Below, one piece after another: positions 46,510 through 58,308 of a stretch of DNA of 64,000 nt. The notes under the pieces were generated by a model, which saw nothing but the letters and a program-made list of their open reading frames with translations, ran no database searches and was not told where the DNA came from. The translations under genes and the position numbers were made by a program. The stretch is from an uncultured Methanosarcinaceae archaeon (GTDB taxonomy: Archaea; Halobacteriota; Methanosarcinia; Methanosarcinales; Methanosarcinaceae): assembly GCA_963833425.1 (NCBI GenBank), contig CAWHXP010000008.1, forward strand, positions 404,578-468,577, written 5' to 3'. Positions within the stretch are counted from its first letter, which is position 1; every line of letters starts with the position of its first letter.

Positions 46510-47919
46510 TCACTTCCCTTTAAAATATTCACCAATCGCCCTTGCAGCTTTTTTACCTGCACCCATTGCACTGATCACGGTTGCTGTACCTGTGACCACA
46601 TCTCCCCCTGCAAAGACTCCACATTTAGATGTTGCTCCTGTTTCCTCATCTGCAACTACAGTACCCTTTTGATTTCGCTCCAGAATTTCTGAGCCTTTAA
46701 AGACAATGGGGTTTGGAGATGTGCCTATGGCAATGACTACAACATCGACAGGGATAGTGAATTCGGAGCCTTCCACTGGTACAGCAATTCTTCTACCTGA
46801 CTTATCAGGTTCGCAGAGTTCCATTTTGATACATTCGACTGCATTGACATTGAATTTTTCATCGCCAAATATGCGAACAGGGCTTTTAAGAAGCCTGAAT
46901 ATAATACCTTCTTCTTTAGCGTGCGTGATTTCTTCCCTGCGCGCAGGCATCTCGTCTTCTCCACGGCGATAGACTATGTTTACTTCGTCGGCACCCAGTC
47001 GAAGAGCAGAGCGAGCAGCATCCATTGCTACATTTCCACCTCCAACGACTACTACCCTTTTTCCGCACCTGACTCTGGTGTCATATGCAGGATCATAAGC
47101 TTTCATGAGGTTTACGCGGGTCAGAAATTCATTTGCTGAGTATATCCCACTAAAGTTTTCGCCCGGAATCCCCAGAAAGTTAGGAAGGCCTGCGCCAGTG
47201 CCTATGAAAACTGCATCGAATTCGTCGCAGAGTTCATCTAAGGTTTTTATTCGGCCTATTATATAGTTTGGCTTGAATTCAACTCCGAGCTGTTTAATAT
47301 ACTCAATTTCTTGCTGCACGATTTTTTTTGGCAGCCTGAACTCCGGTATGCCATAACTCAGGACTCCCCCGGTTTTATGAAGGGACTCAAAAATTGTAAC
47401 CCTGTGTCCCATTTTTGCAAGATCTGCTGCGGTAGTAAGGCCTGCTGGACCTGAGCCGACAACAGCTACTTTTTTTCCGGTGGATTTCATGATTTCAGGA
47501 ATTTTTCTGCGTGTCTTGTTTTCAGAATCAGCGCAGAAGCGTTCGAGCCTACCGATTGCTACAGGTTGTCCTTTCTTTCCAAGCACGCAGAATGCTTCGC
47601 ACTGAGTTTCTTGTGGGCAAACGCGACCGCAGATTGCAGGAAGTGCATTAGTGTCCTTAATTTTATCAATTGCTCCTTCAAAATCTTCCTTGCAGATCAA
47701 ATCGATAAATCCCGGGATATCGACATTTACAGGGCAGCCTTCGACACACTTAGGCTCTTTGCAGGCGAGGCATCTGGAAGCTTCGGCAAGAGCTTCTTCT
47801 TTTTTGTATCCGAGAGTCACTTCGTTGAAGTTTTTTCTGCGCTCTTCGGCAGGCTGTTCGGGCATAGGAGTCCTGTCTTTTTTTGCATTTCCTGTTTTTT
47901 CTTCACTTATTTCTCGCAT
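46510..47919 (-). CDS. sudA: GltD-like NADPH oxidoreductase (SudA/NfnB-type)
   Basis: RCLACKEPKCVEGCP, CGRVCPQETQC, GSGPAG, GGGNVAMD and FAGGD. Confidence 0.93.
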   Translation of the reverse strand: MREISEEKTGNAKKDRTPMPEQPAEERRKNFNEVTLGYKKEEALAEASRCLACKEPKCVEGCPVNVDIPGFIDLICKEDFEGAIDKIKDTNALPAICGRVCPQETQCEAFCVLGKKGQPVAIGRLERFCADSENKTRRKIPEIMKSTGKKVAVVGSGPAGLTTAADLAKMGHRVTIFESLHKTGGVLSYGIPEFRLPKKIVQQEIEYIKQLGVEFKPNYIIGRIKTLDELCDEFDAVFIGTGAGLPNFLGIPGENFSGIYSANEFLTRVNLMKAYDPAYDTRVRCGKRVVVVGGGNVAMDAARSALRLGADEVNIVYRRGEDEMPARREEITHAKEEGIIFRLLKSPVRIFGDEKFNVNAVECIKMELCEPDKSGRRIAVPVEGSEFTIPVDVVVIAIGTSPNPIVFKGSEILERNQKGTVVADEETGATSKCGVFAGGDVVTGTATVISAMGAGKKAARAIGEYFKGK

Positions 47920-48779
47920 TTTTTATCTCCTTCTTTTAGTGCAACACACCTGCATTCCTCTTCATACTTTTCTGCAGCTTTTGTCTCTTCACCGCGGTAC
48001 ATAGCAAGCCTATTCATGAGCTCTACAAAATCAACTTTTCGGGCGTTGAATTCAGGTCCGTCAACGCATGTAAATTTCGTTTTTCCGTCAATAGTAACCC
48101 TGCAGCCCCCGCACATTCCTGTTCCGTCCACCATAATTGAGTTAAGGCTGACCAAAATTTCAACATCGTAGGATGAAGCTATGCCAGTTCCTACCTTCAT
48201 CATAATTGGCGGTCCAATAATCACAATTCTTGCAATCTTTTCGCCACTCTCAAGGATATTTTTCATAATCTCGGTTACAAATCCGTGATGCCCTCGTGAT
48301 CCATCATCAGTTGCAATACACAGTTTGGAGCTTACCTTCCTCATTAAATCTTCATGGATGAGAAGATCCTTGTTCCGAGCTCCTATAATTGAAATTACTC
48401 GGTTGCCCGCCTTCGTATAGGCTTTTGCCAAGGGGTAAAGAGGTGCAACTCCTACTCCTCCTCCTACAAGAATAACATTACCGAGATTCCTTATATCAGC
48501 AGGAGTACCTAAAGGTCCAACAAAATCCGCCAGCGAATCGCCTGCTGAAAACTTTGCAAGCTGCTTTGTTGTCTTGCCCATCTCCTGAAAAATTACGGAT
48601 ACAGTTCCTTTTTCTTTCTCAAAATCGAAAATAGTGAGGGGAATCCTTTCCCCAAATTCGTTAAGTCTGAGAATTATAAATTGTCCGGCTTTTGCAGCCT
48701 TTGCCACGTCAGGTGCATCAATAACCATTCTGTGTATCGACGGGGCTATTTCGTCCTTTTTTAGTATTTTATAAACCAT
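47907..48779 (-). CDS. sudB: PyrK-like flavoprotein with a [2Fe-2S] cluster (SudB/NfnA-type)
   Basis: GERIPLTI, GGGVG and MVDGTGMCGGCR...CVDGPEF. It overlaps sudA. Confidence 0.93.
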   Translation of the reverse strand: MVYKILKKDEIAPSIHRMVIDAPDVAKAAKAGQFIILRLNEFGERIPLTIFDFEKEKGTVSVIFQEMGKTTKQLAKFSAGDSLADFVGPLGTPADIRNLGNVILVGGGVGVAPLYPLAKAYTKAGNRVISIIGARNKDLLIHEDLMRKVSSKLCIATDDGSRGHHGFVTEIMKNILESGEKIARIVIIGPPIMMKVGTGIASSYDVEILVSLNSIMVDGTGMCGGCRVTIDGKTKFTCVDGPEFNARKVDFVELMNRLAMYRGEETKAAEKYEEECRCVALKEGDKKCEK

Positions 48780-49536
48780 GATATCACATTTTCCTGACTA
48801 GATATATATTTTTGAATGAATTACTAGCTAAACGTAATTGTGGTGTCCCCTCTATAGAGCTAAATCCTTTCCACACTTTCTTCCTGGAAGTGCTTCTTAT
48901 ATTGGTTATTGGATATATATTCTTCCAAATAATTTTAATTATTTAGTCTGTTTTATACTGTCAAACGAAGGTTACTGTTGCCAAACGAGGACCTAAGGAC
49001 TTAGATAAAAAAAATACTGTTTGATATCTAGGTACTCTTCATTGAGGAATTCTGTAGACGAAAGTTTTGGGTTATTGGAATAAAGGAGTTTCTGAGGTAA
49101 TAGCAGAGAAGAGATTGCAGAGAACTATTGAAGTTGTTAAAATTATAGCCGAAAAAAATTCGGAGGATATACTTATGTACGCGCTTTGTGAAGTAACCTT
49201 TTTGCAATGATCTTCTACAAGATCACACTAATAAAAGCTATTTTAATATTTAGCATATACAGATAGGGCGAATCAATGGAAATTTGATAGTCCTGCTGGG
49301 AATATCATAATTTCTGCTTAGGAATATACAGGATTAAATTTCTAGAGTCGATTACAAAAAAAATAAAATTATGAAATATGTATGAAGTTCTTTGTCGTAA
49401 ATTATTGGTGGAAAAATTGTAAATTAATGAGGATAGTCATTTGTATACAGAAAAATATAAATTACCTAATTATTACAAAAACTGAACATGTTAACTAACA
49501 AATTTAAATATTATCAAGTAGGATATAAAATACCTA

Positions 49537-49899
49537 GTGGTGAAATCAATGAAATATGTAATTGCAATGATAAGACCGGAAAAGCTTGATGCTGTTAAAA
49601 ATGAACTTCAGAAAGTAGAAGTAAATGGATTGACAGTGTCATCTGTTTCTGGGTATGGTGCCCAAAGGGGGCATCTTGAAATTGAGAGGTCTAAAGCTAG
49701 AAAATGTGAGGCGAATCTACTTGAGAAAGTTAGAATTGAAATCGCAGTGAAAGATGATTTTCTGCAAGCTACAGTTGCAGCAATAAAAAGTGGATCAAAA
49801 GATAAAGACGGTTATGTTGGAAGTGGAAAGATATTTGTGCTACCACTAGAGAATGTTATAAGAATTCGGACGAACGAAACTGGAAATGGTGCTCTTTAA
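49537..49899 (+). CDS. glnK: P-II nitrogen regulatory protein
   Basis: AMIRPEKLDAVK, GYGAQRG and GKIFVLPLENVIRIRT. Confidence 0.92.
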   Translation: MVKSMKYVIAMIRPEKLDAVKNELQKVEVNGLTVSSVSGYGAQRGHLEIERSKARKCEANLLEKVRIEIAVKDDFLQATVAAIKSGSKDKDGYVGSGKIFVLPLENVIRIRTNETGNGAL

Positions 49900-49904
49900 A
49901 GACA

Positions 49905-50420
49905 TATATAACTATTGGTAACAGCAGATTTTGCGTGGGTAGTAATCCCATCCGCACTTATTATCCATGCTATTAGGCTTGTGTTATTTTATTGTTTATT
50001 TATCCAGCGTAAAAATATATTTAGTACATGATGCATTCATTGTTGCATTGGTGTCATAGCTTAGAACTTGGGTAATAGTAATGTATTCACTTGATCTTGA
50101 ATCTAAGAAATGGTTTGTAGGCTGCTTCGATAAATTATTCTTGCAAAGTATTGCTCATTACTCGATAATAGATACCATTCCAACGAGACATCGTTGCATT
50201 ACAAGTGATTTTTGTAAAAATTACTCATGTTTTCAGATCTGGTGCAATGGTGAGTCTTTTTCATAAGGTTTTAAAAATAGTGAACTTAAGACTCTCTTTA
50301 AGTTTTTCACAAAGCTTGGAGAATAATCTGTTTTCAAATTTGATCAATGACCCTAAGACACGACTTATTGCGAAACGTATTAAATTCAAATCTTACATGC
50401 ATTTGGCTATGTTGTGATGG
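49905..50420 (+). pseudogene. amtB: Highly degraded ammonium transporter
   Basis: Directly follows glnK. Fragments FAWVVIPSAL and GLVLFYCLFIQRKNIFST match the AmtB N-terminus. Confidence 0.6.
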
Positions 50421-50714
50421 ATTTCTTACAGGAAAACTTATCGGACTTTGAGAGCTGAATCGTTGGCTCCTTTTATAGTCAACCATTTCCTCTCCTACAA
50501 TTTTAGTCTTAAAAAAGGAGGAGTATGGAACCAATACTGTTACTTACTTTGATATTAATTAGAGACTTTATATGTCTTCTGTTATTTACAAAATTTACCA
50601 TTAATGACAATGGAAATTGACTGCGATCAATTAAAATTCAGATAATAAAAAAGATATTTATCATAATTATCTTCTTCGTTTATTACTTATGAGTTCTTAA
50701 AATTATGAACATCA

Positions 50715-50764
50715 GGCTCTATAGAAATCCTCATTTGATGCAAATTAAGAATTTCTACAGAGCC
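50715..50764. mobile_element. 50-bp mini-element made of the ends of the IS at 25445-26443
   Basis: GGCTCTATAGAAAT ... AAATTAAGAATTTCTACAGAGCC. Confidence 0.75.
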
Positions 50765-51557
50765 TGTTTATCTAAGTTTTTTAAAATCCCTTCCTTATTT
50801 TCGGATCTTCCATAAATCAGTAATAAAAAATATTATACTTCATACCAATTTTGTTAATCAAAGTTATTGTGATCACACAACTACAAGCAATTTGGCATAT
50901 TTGCTTTAACTGGCTGGCGAGAAAATAATTAATCAGAATAAAATTTTTTTAGTTGTTTATACAATTTATTCACTTTCTGATTTTCAGCAAAGTTCTTAAT
51001 TTCACCTGGATTTGTACCATCACCCATAGGTAAATATAGGCTCCACAATTACCAATTACTCCAGACTAAAAAACAATGTTTTTTTACCTACTACAAAGCA
51101 TATATATTTTAAATAGTTGAGGATGTAATTTCTTGAAGAAATTCCGATTATATAAAAGAGCATTTATAGCTTGTTTTAGAGACACAATGGTCCATATTAA
51201 GCAACCACTTTTATGGTGCAAAATAGCTTAAAATATTAAATCTGTTAGTCAATAACAGTTAACAAGGAAGTTTTCATCCACACGGCAAGCTGATGAGTAT
51301 TCAATTGGAATAACTAGTATAATTAATCATTAATGGACTTTTAGATTCCAAATAAATTATGTAAAGTAAAAGATGCGTAATCTTCTCTGCCAGAAAAACA
51401 GATGTATACTTATTTTTATTCAAAGTTATAATCTTTTTTATTTGCAATTTTCAATAAAAGAGTCTATCATTGGAATAGGAAGAATTAAGTCTATCTCCTC
51501 AGCATCGAATAAATTCAGAAAATTGAAATTAACATCAAAGTCAGACGCATTAATAAA

Positions 51558-51647
51558 AAAATTGCGATGAACCCCCGAAATGTTGTCACATACTTATTAA
51601 CTGTATGCAAAATGACTCGGAAAAATCAGAAGTTTATAGAAATCCTC
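51558..51647. mobile_element. Degenerate ~90-bp MITE
   Basis: Interior aligns with the 41955 copy and it ends TTTATAGAAATCCTC. Confidence 0.65.
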
Positions 51648-51797
51648 ATAAATTAATATGCTCTTCATGATAAAAGATTAACATAGTACTAAGATTCATA
51701 ATTCACATGATAATTAGTGCATAAGCTGAGCAAAAAATATTTACCATGTACATATTAAATCTAAAATAGCCCCAATTTTGTAAAAGGAGTAATTTCA

Positions 51798-52790
51798 GTG
51801 CAAAAAGTAAATAATTTCCTTAAAAGAAGAGAAAAACTGAAATCTCTGATCACTTCAGTTCCGATTCGGGGTTTATTAGCAATTCCTCTTATAGATTAAC
51901 CCATTAGCAACATGGAGTGCTCCTTTATTCCAGATATTGGGGATGCTTCAGACCAATTATCTGTTGAAACCCTGGGGAAAACAGATAAGGAAAAATCAAA
52001 AGCTAAAAAACTGAGGATCTTTACTGCAATTCCAGTACTGTTCACAGCCATTGTGAATTTCTGATCTTTTTTGGCAGAATGGGAACAGCTATCTGGATAC
52101 ATATTGGGATCCTAATTTCGCTTACCCTTTCTAATGTATTTATAAAAGACTCTGAGATCCATAAAATACATCAGTCATTGATACTTATTCCGGTTTTGAG
52201 AATAATAAACCTCTCAATGCCAGGTTATTATGAGAGAACGCTTTATCCCTTTATTCTCATGTACGGTATCCTGGCAATTCCTGTAAGTATTGCAGTAACC
52301 AATCAGAAACTGACTCGCACGCAGCTCGGAATGACCTTCAAGAAAATATGGCTCTATTTTCCACTTTCAATATTATTAGGTCTACTTCTTGGAGGAGGGG
52401 AATATCGGATAATCAGGACAACCTCTTTAATTTCAGACCTCTCAATCTTTAACCTCCTGATGCTCAGTATAGTTATGATCTTTTTCGTAGGCCTTGTGGA
52501 AGAGGTAATTTTCAGATCAATCCTTCAGAATCGGCTGCAGATAGCACTTGGTAATGAGTCAGGACTGATAATTACTAGTATTTTATTTGGACTTATGCAT
52601 ACAGGATATGGGAGTATGGGTGAAGTTCTGTACGCATCCTTTGAGGCATATTTGTAGGTTACCTGTTTTACAAAACACACAGCCTTCCTCTGGTTGTGAT
52701 GATTCATGGCTTCATAAATGTCTTTGTTTTTGGAATAATTCCCCTCCTACTTTACAAATACCCGTACTTGTAAGTAAAAACACATAGATG
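51798..52790 (+). pseudogene. CPBP family intramembrane protease, disrupted
   Basis: VEEVIFRS and FGLMH. The last motif IHGFIN lies in another frame, and the 5' part is also broken. Confidence 0.82.
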
Positions 52791-55285
52791 CAACTAAATA
52801 ACAACCCCCTGGTTTTTAGACTGTGAAATGCCAGGAAAAATTTACATATGTATCTATAAATTAAGCACTTAACTCCCACATTCCGAAATTAAAACTTGAA
52901 TGCCATATATTTTCTCAATCATTACAGTAGCTTAAAAATTAATCTAATTTTCAATAAATTATAAAAGGCAAATAAGTAAACAAATTCTACATTTGTATAC
53001 ATCTGTGTAATGGAGGTTCGCTAAAATATATCACCATTTTTATTCCATCAATTTACCCCATACACCCCACTATTCCTAATCTTGACTTCCATCTCAACAA
53101 TTACTCAACTAAAATAGCTAATCTTTATCTATAAATAATACTGACCGCTATTTGATCATTTAACTCAAAGACCATAAAAAGATTCGCAAATCTCCTTTTA
53201 CCTTTTTTCCTTTTATTATTATTAACATAGATAACAATATTCAAAAAAAATTTGAGGATCCAATTTATCTATTCTCATTTTCTTCACGAAAAACCTGAGT
53301 AACTGGAGAAGAATGGGAAACTGATTTGTCAAAAAAAATTTGATGAAAGGAAAATTAAAGCTATAAAAGTGAACAAAAGCTACTCACATAAAAGCAACAG
53401 TATGATATTTTATTCGAGAATTCAAATCATATTTGTTTTTTGTTCAGATTTAGTGCTTTACCAATTGCAGTACTTCACTAGCTTGTAATCGATGATTTCT
53501 AAACACATCTATTTCTTTTACTCCACAAAAAGAAGAGGGACAAATGAATGATTCTTTTCACAATAATAATATTTACATATTTATAGACAAATACATCCTT
53601 ATTTACATCTAAAATTAACCACAATTCGTAAAATCTTGGTGTATGCATAGTGAGTCGAGTTAAATATATAAAAATTCTATAATAACAGCTATTACCAAAA
53701 AGATAAATTTCGATTAGGTCAAAGATAAATCCTGAGCTTTTTTAAAGGTTTAGGAATCACTAAATATCCAAAGATTTATTTATATGCTTAATTTAAAGCG
53801 TTTTTTCAAAAATACCATTCGGAAGCACGTCAAGCTATCATCTAAAAAAAGCTAGTTAAGCTATTAAATAGATAGCCTCCCTTATTTTCGCTGAAGAAAT
53901 TAAGCCCTTAATCAAACTCAGCAAAAAATATAATATACTCATCGATTTCACATATTACCAACATTATGGTGCTACGAATAAAAGTTATTCCATAGCTGGT
54001 AAATTCGTGAAAGATTCGAAAGATCAAAAAAAACAAAAGGGGTCAAAATTCACGCTTTATTAGTTGATGACTTTAATTTCGAACCTAAATTTGGTAGTTG
54101 CTTGAAAATAAGTTACGTTATTTGCATCATCCTGTCAAATGAACACAAAAACATAGAGCATTTCCTAAAAAAACATATTTTTTCTATGGGATCGATTATA
54201 GCTTTCAATTTTTTCATGAAAAACTCAACTTTTATGAAATATTTAGTAAATACAATAAAGTGTTTGGATCTCAATAACTTTTTAATAGGCTTAGTGAGCT
54301 ATAAACTCAACGATTATTTAGCACAAATCTGGCAAATTGTGAAATTAGACGAAATTATTGACATATTAAACATGAAGATTCGTTAAAGAGACCGTTACAT
54401 AATTCTTGGAATACTGGGGTAACAAAGAGAAAACACTATTTGATATCCTAACAGTCTATTTATTGTTGGTTATTTGAATAAAAGAATAAAAAATTAAATT
54501 GGACAAATATAGCTATCCTAACACTTGAATCTAGAATTGGTAAGTGGAAATGATAGAAAGAATTTTGAGAAATTTCAGAATTCAATAGATCGCTAATACA
54601 TATGATATATAACTAACAAATATTGGGATTTATCGAAATACTCCAAGTTCCAGTGAAGCAAAAGATTGCTCCTAATTCATCGAAAAATCTTGCCCCTGCC
54701 GCACTCAAACAAGGACCAAAAAAGGGTGAGAAAAATGAAATTAAAAGTATCCTGGGAATAACATCAATCAAATAATTAAAACTGTATTAAATAGGAACTA
54801 TATATCAAAAAAATAATCTTAATTGAAGGAAACCTTGTTTGCTGTGTTTTTGAATTTTGATCGGTGATTATAAATCCAAGAGAATTCCTAGAAAATATTA
54901 CATCATTGAAGAAAAAGTTCATAAATTTTTGATAGCTATAGTTTACTTCATCAGGCAAAGTTATTATATCAATGATATGACATATTCAGCAGATAAGGAT
55001 AGCAAACTGGCTGTGCCTTTCCTATAAGTGGAGCCATTTATCTTTTCATAATCAACTACTTAATTCTCTCTAATAATTTCTTTAATATTTTTCTAATTGT
55101 AGAAATGGTTGAGGAACTAATGAAATTGGGAAATATCGGTAAAATAAATGTATAGACTAAAAAATTTGGATCAGCAAAAAACTTGCTTATAAATATCTAA
55201 TAAAATTCCGGTAACTAGTATCTGGCAGAAAGGGATCATTTCATTCCTGAGATGAAAGATTAAAATAGCGGAAACAGGTGAAGCA

Positions 55286-56479
55286 ATGAAGTATGCCATA
55301 CTTATAGGAGACGGAATGGCTGATTGCCCTATAAAGGAATTGGATGACAAGACCATTCTTCAGGCAGCTCGAATCCCTGCAATGGATTATATTGCAGCAC
55401 ACGGGAAAACCGGGTTTGCCAAAACTATACCTGATGGTTTTTCTCCAGGCAGTGATGTCGCAAATATGTCTATTCTCGGATACGACCCAGCAATCTATTA
55501 CTCAGGGAGGGGGCCTTTGGAAGCTGCCAGTATGGGTGTGCCACTTGCAGCAGAAGACGTGGCTTTTAGATGCAATCTCATAACCGTTGAATCTGGGAGA
55601 ATAAAGGACTTTAGTGCAGGGCATATAAATAGCGATGAAGCAAAAATCCTCATTAAGACACTTGATACAGAACTCAGCACCGAAGAACTGCACTTTTATC
55701 CAGGAATCAGCTATAGACACCTCGTGGTTGCAAGAAATAATCTGGGAGCCGAAACAAAATGCATTCCACCTCATGATATTATAGGCAAAAAAATTCAAAA
55801 GTATCTGCCTAGTGGAATAGATGGTGAGTTTTTTTCCAGATTAATTGAAGCATCTATGATCGTTCTGGAAATGCATCCATCTAACCTTAAGAGGATTGCG
55901 GAAGGAAAAAACCCCGCGAATTCAATCTGGGTATGGGGTCAGGGCCCTGCCCCTAAGTTTACGCCATTTCAAAAGCTTTACGGGAAAACCGGAGCAATTG
56001 TCTCGGCAGTCGATCTTCTTAAAGGCATTGGAATTTGCGCAGGCATGGAAGTAATTGAAGTCCCGGGAGCAACTGGCTACCTGGATACGAATTATGAAGG
56101 AAAGGCCAGTGCTGCCCTTGAAACTCTAAGAACTAAAGATCTTGTTTTCGTTCACGTCGAAGCTCCGGACGAAGCTGGGCACGAAGGAAGCATTGAAAAA
56201 AAGTTAAAGGCTGTTGAAGATTTCGATCGGCGAATAGTAGCTCCCATCCTTAAACAAGCCATGGCTTCAAGGGAACCCTTCCTAATTCTCGTAATGCCCG
56301 ACCATCCGACCCCAATTTCCCTAAAAACCCATACTACAGATCCGATTCCATTTGCGATCTATAGGACCGATGAAAATGATGCTGATAAAACAGAAACTTT
56401 TGATGAGAAGTCAGCTAAAAAGGGTTCTTTGGGCCTGGTAAAGGCTTCTGATCTTATAGGAATGATTCTGAAGACTTAA
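55286..56479 (+). CDS. apgM: Cofactor-independent phosphoglycerate mutase
   Basis: GDGMAD, PGSDVAN, GRGPLEA, HVEAPDEAGH and PDHPTP. Confidence 0.95.
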   Translation: MKYAILIGDGMADCPIKELDDKTILQAARIPAMDYIAAHGKTGFAKTIPDGFSPGSDVANMSILGYDPAIYYSGRGPLEAASMGVPLAAEDVAFRCNLITVESGRIKDFSAGHINSDEAKILIKTLDTELSTEELHFYPGISYRHLVVARNNLGAETKCIPPHDIIGKKIQKYLPSGIDGEFFSRLIEASMIVLEMHPSNLKRIAEGKNPANSIWVWGQGPAPKFTPFQKLYGKTGAIVSAVDLLKGIGICAGMEVIEVPGATGYLDTNYEGKASAALETLRTKDLVFVHVEAPDEAGHEGSIEKKLKAVEDFDRRIVAPILKQAMASREPFLILVMPDHPTPISLKTHTTDPIPFAIYRTDENDADKTETFDEKSAKKGSLGLVKASDLIGMILKT

Positions 56480-56789
56480 TAAAATAATTTATTTAGCTGG
56501 TTATTTGTCCCTTCCATCCCCAGTCTTATTTTTATTATTTAAAAACTTATCTCCTAAAGTTTTTGGGGATTCTTTATTGCTCATACTCTTTTTGATGCTA
56601 CATTTAGTGAAATTGTTCCGCGGGTCTGGTGCCTGCAATTTGATTTAAAATAATAAAAACCTTAAAATAAATATTAATGAGATTATAACGTTTATTAAGG
56701 TTTTTGTACTTGGATTTATACTAACGACTGACCAAACTCAAATTCTGGCTGATCTCGTGCATCTCCATTTACATCTCGTTGACTCTTGA

Positions 56790-56975
56790 GGATTATGATT
56801 CTTCATTTGAGTATTCAGTATAATGAGTTTTTACGCGACAATGAATATGAAGTTCGTAAACAGGTAAAATGTGCTAGCTATAAAATAGATCTCGCACTTC
56901 CTGATCCTGGCCATTGAGGAAGATACATGCTTGTAATTGAATGCGATAGTGCACAGTACATTTGTTTCATGTAGC
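56790..56975 (+). pseudogene. Remnant of a Vsr/DUF559-like restriction-fold nuclease domain, as found at the end of large SF1 helicases
   Basis: YDSSFEYSV*...YEVRKQVKCASYKIDLALPDP...YMLVIECDSAQY. Confidence 0.6.
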
Positions 56976-57175
56976 CAGCGACCCGCTAGATTTCATTAGT
57001 TGGATAAAGTATCTTTTAAGAAAACACTTCTTGATGTTTTGATAATGACAGCATCTGTAGAAAGTTATACATTAACAGAATTATGCTCATTTGTTCACGA
57101 ACTTATAAATTTATCGGAAAACTAACACAAGAATAAAGCTTATTAATTTTTCTTAGATACTTTCTGATATCTATA

Positions 57176-58308
57176 GAGAATTTCGATAACCTCCATGCTC
57201 TTGAGCATAGTTGGCTTTAAATTTGTCAATATTTATGTATATTCATGAAAGCTCTTATTGATTTTGCTCTTAAAGAAGAGTATAAACTTCTTGAATCTGT
57301 TGGGGATAAGCTTGCTGAAATTGCTTCCTTAATTGATTGGAAAAAGTTTCTTATTATTCTTGAATCTATGTATATTAACAAAACCATTTCAGGAGGGATA
57401 CCTGAAACTGATGTCATTGTGATGTTCAAAATGCTTGTTTTGCAACAATGGCATAGGCTCTCTGATTTTGAACTTGAGAACAGTGTATAAATCGAATTTC
57501 TTTTAGGAAATTCCTTGGATTTCCGGAATACATACCTTACAGTACTACTGTATGGCTATTTAGGGAGAGAATTATCGAGAATTTCAAAGAAAATATGGGG
57601 GAAGTTGCAAAGCCAACTTGATACTCTGGGTTTACAGATAAAGCAGGGAATGATTCGGGATGCTACTTTTATCCATTCAGATCCAGGACACGCAAAAGCA
57701 GAGAGATGAGGCAAAAACAAGAAGAAGTAGAGACGGAACATGGACAAAGAAGGGAGGTAAGTCTCATTTTGGATATAAGCTTCATAATATAATAGACATA
57801 GATTATGAGCTGATCAGAAGATTCAAAACAACAACTGCGTCCGTACATGGTTCGTATGTAGATTTGACAGAGGAAAATGGAGTGGTTTATAGGGACAGAG
57901 GATACTTTGGAGCAAAAACTAAAGGGTATAATGTAACAATGAAGAGAGCGGTCAAAGGACATACGCTAGGAATAAAGGATTTATTAAGAAATAAGAGAAT
58001 TGGCTCAAAAAGAGTCCCAGGAGAAAGAGTTTATTCAGTAACGAATGAAATTTTCAAAGCAGGAAGAGTTTTTGTTACTACTGTTAAAAGAGTAAATCTA
58101 AAAATGTTGTTTACGGCTTTTTGTTATAATCTCCATCAATTGAGGAAATTGAAAATAAAAAAAGTATATTGAAGATAGCGGAAGCTATCTTTAAAATCAA
58201 AGAATTGAGAATAAGTAAAGCCAAAAAGAGGAATTAAAGAGAGAAATTGAGGGGAAGATATGAGAAATCACTGCTAAGAAATAAAATCCGAAGTTTATCG
58301 AAATCCTC
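57176..58308 (+). mobile_element. IS5-family element, copy 3, transposase disrupted
   Basis: TIRs GAGAATTTCGATAA / TTTATCGAAATCCTC and the same transposase fragments as copies 1 and 2. Confidence 0.93.

Noticed and set aside
52640..52660. TAG ending the second CPBP ORF as a pyrrolysine site
   Set aside because: The homologous continuation is in another frame, so this is a frameshift and not readthrough.
53600..54200. Possible transposase remnant (KKTKGVKIHAL)
   Set aside because: Only one short motif, with no ends that I can define.
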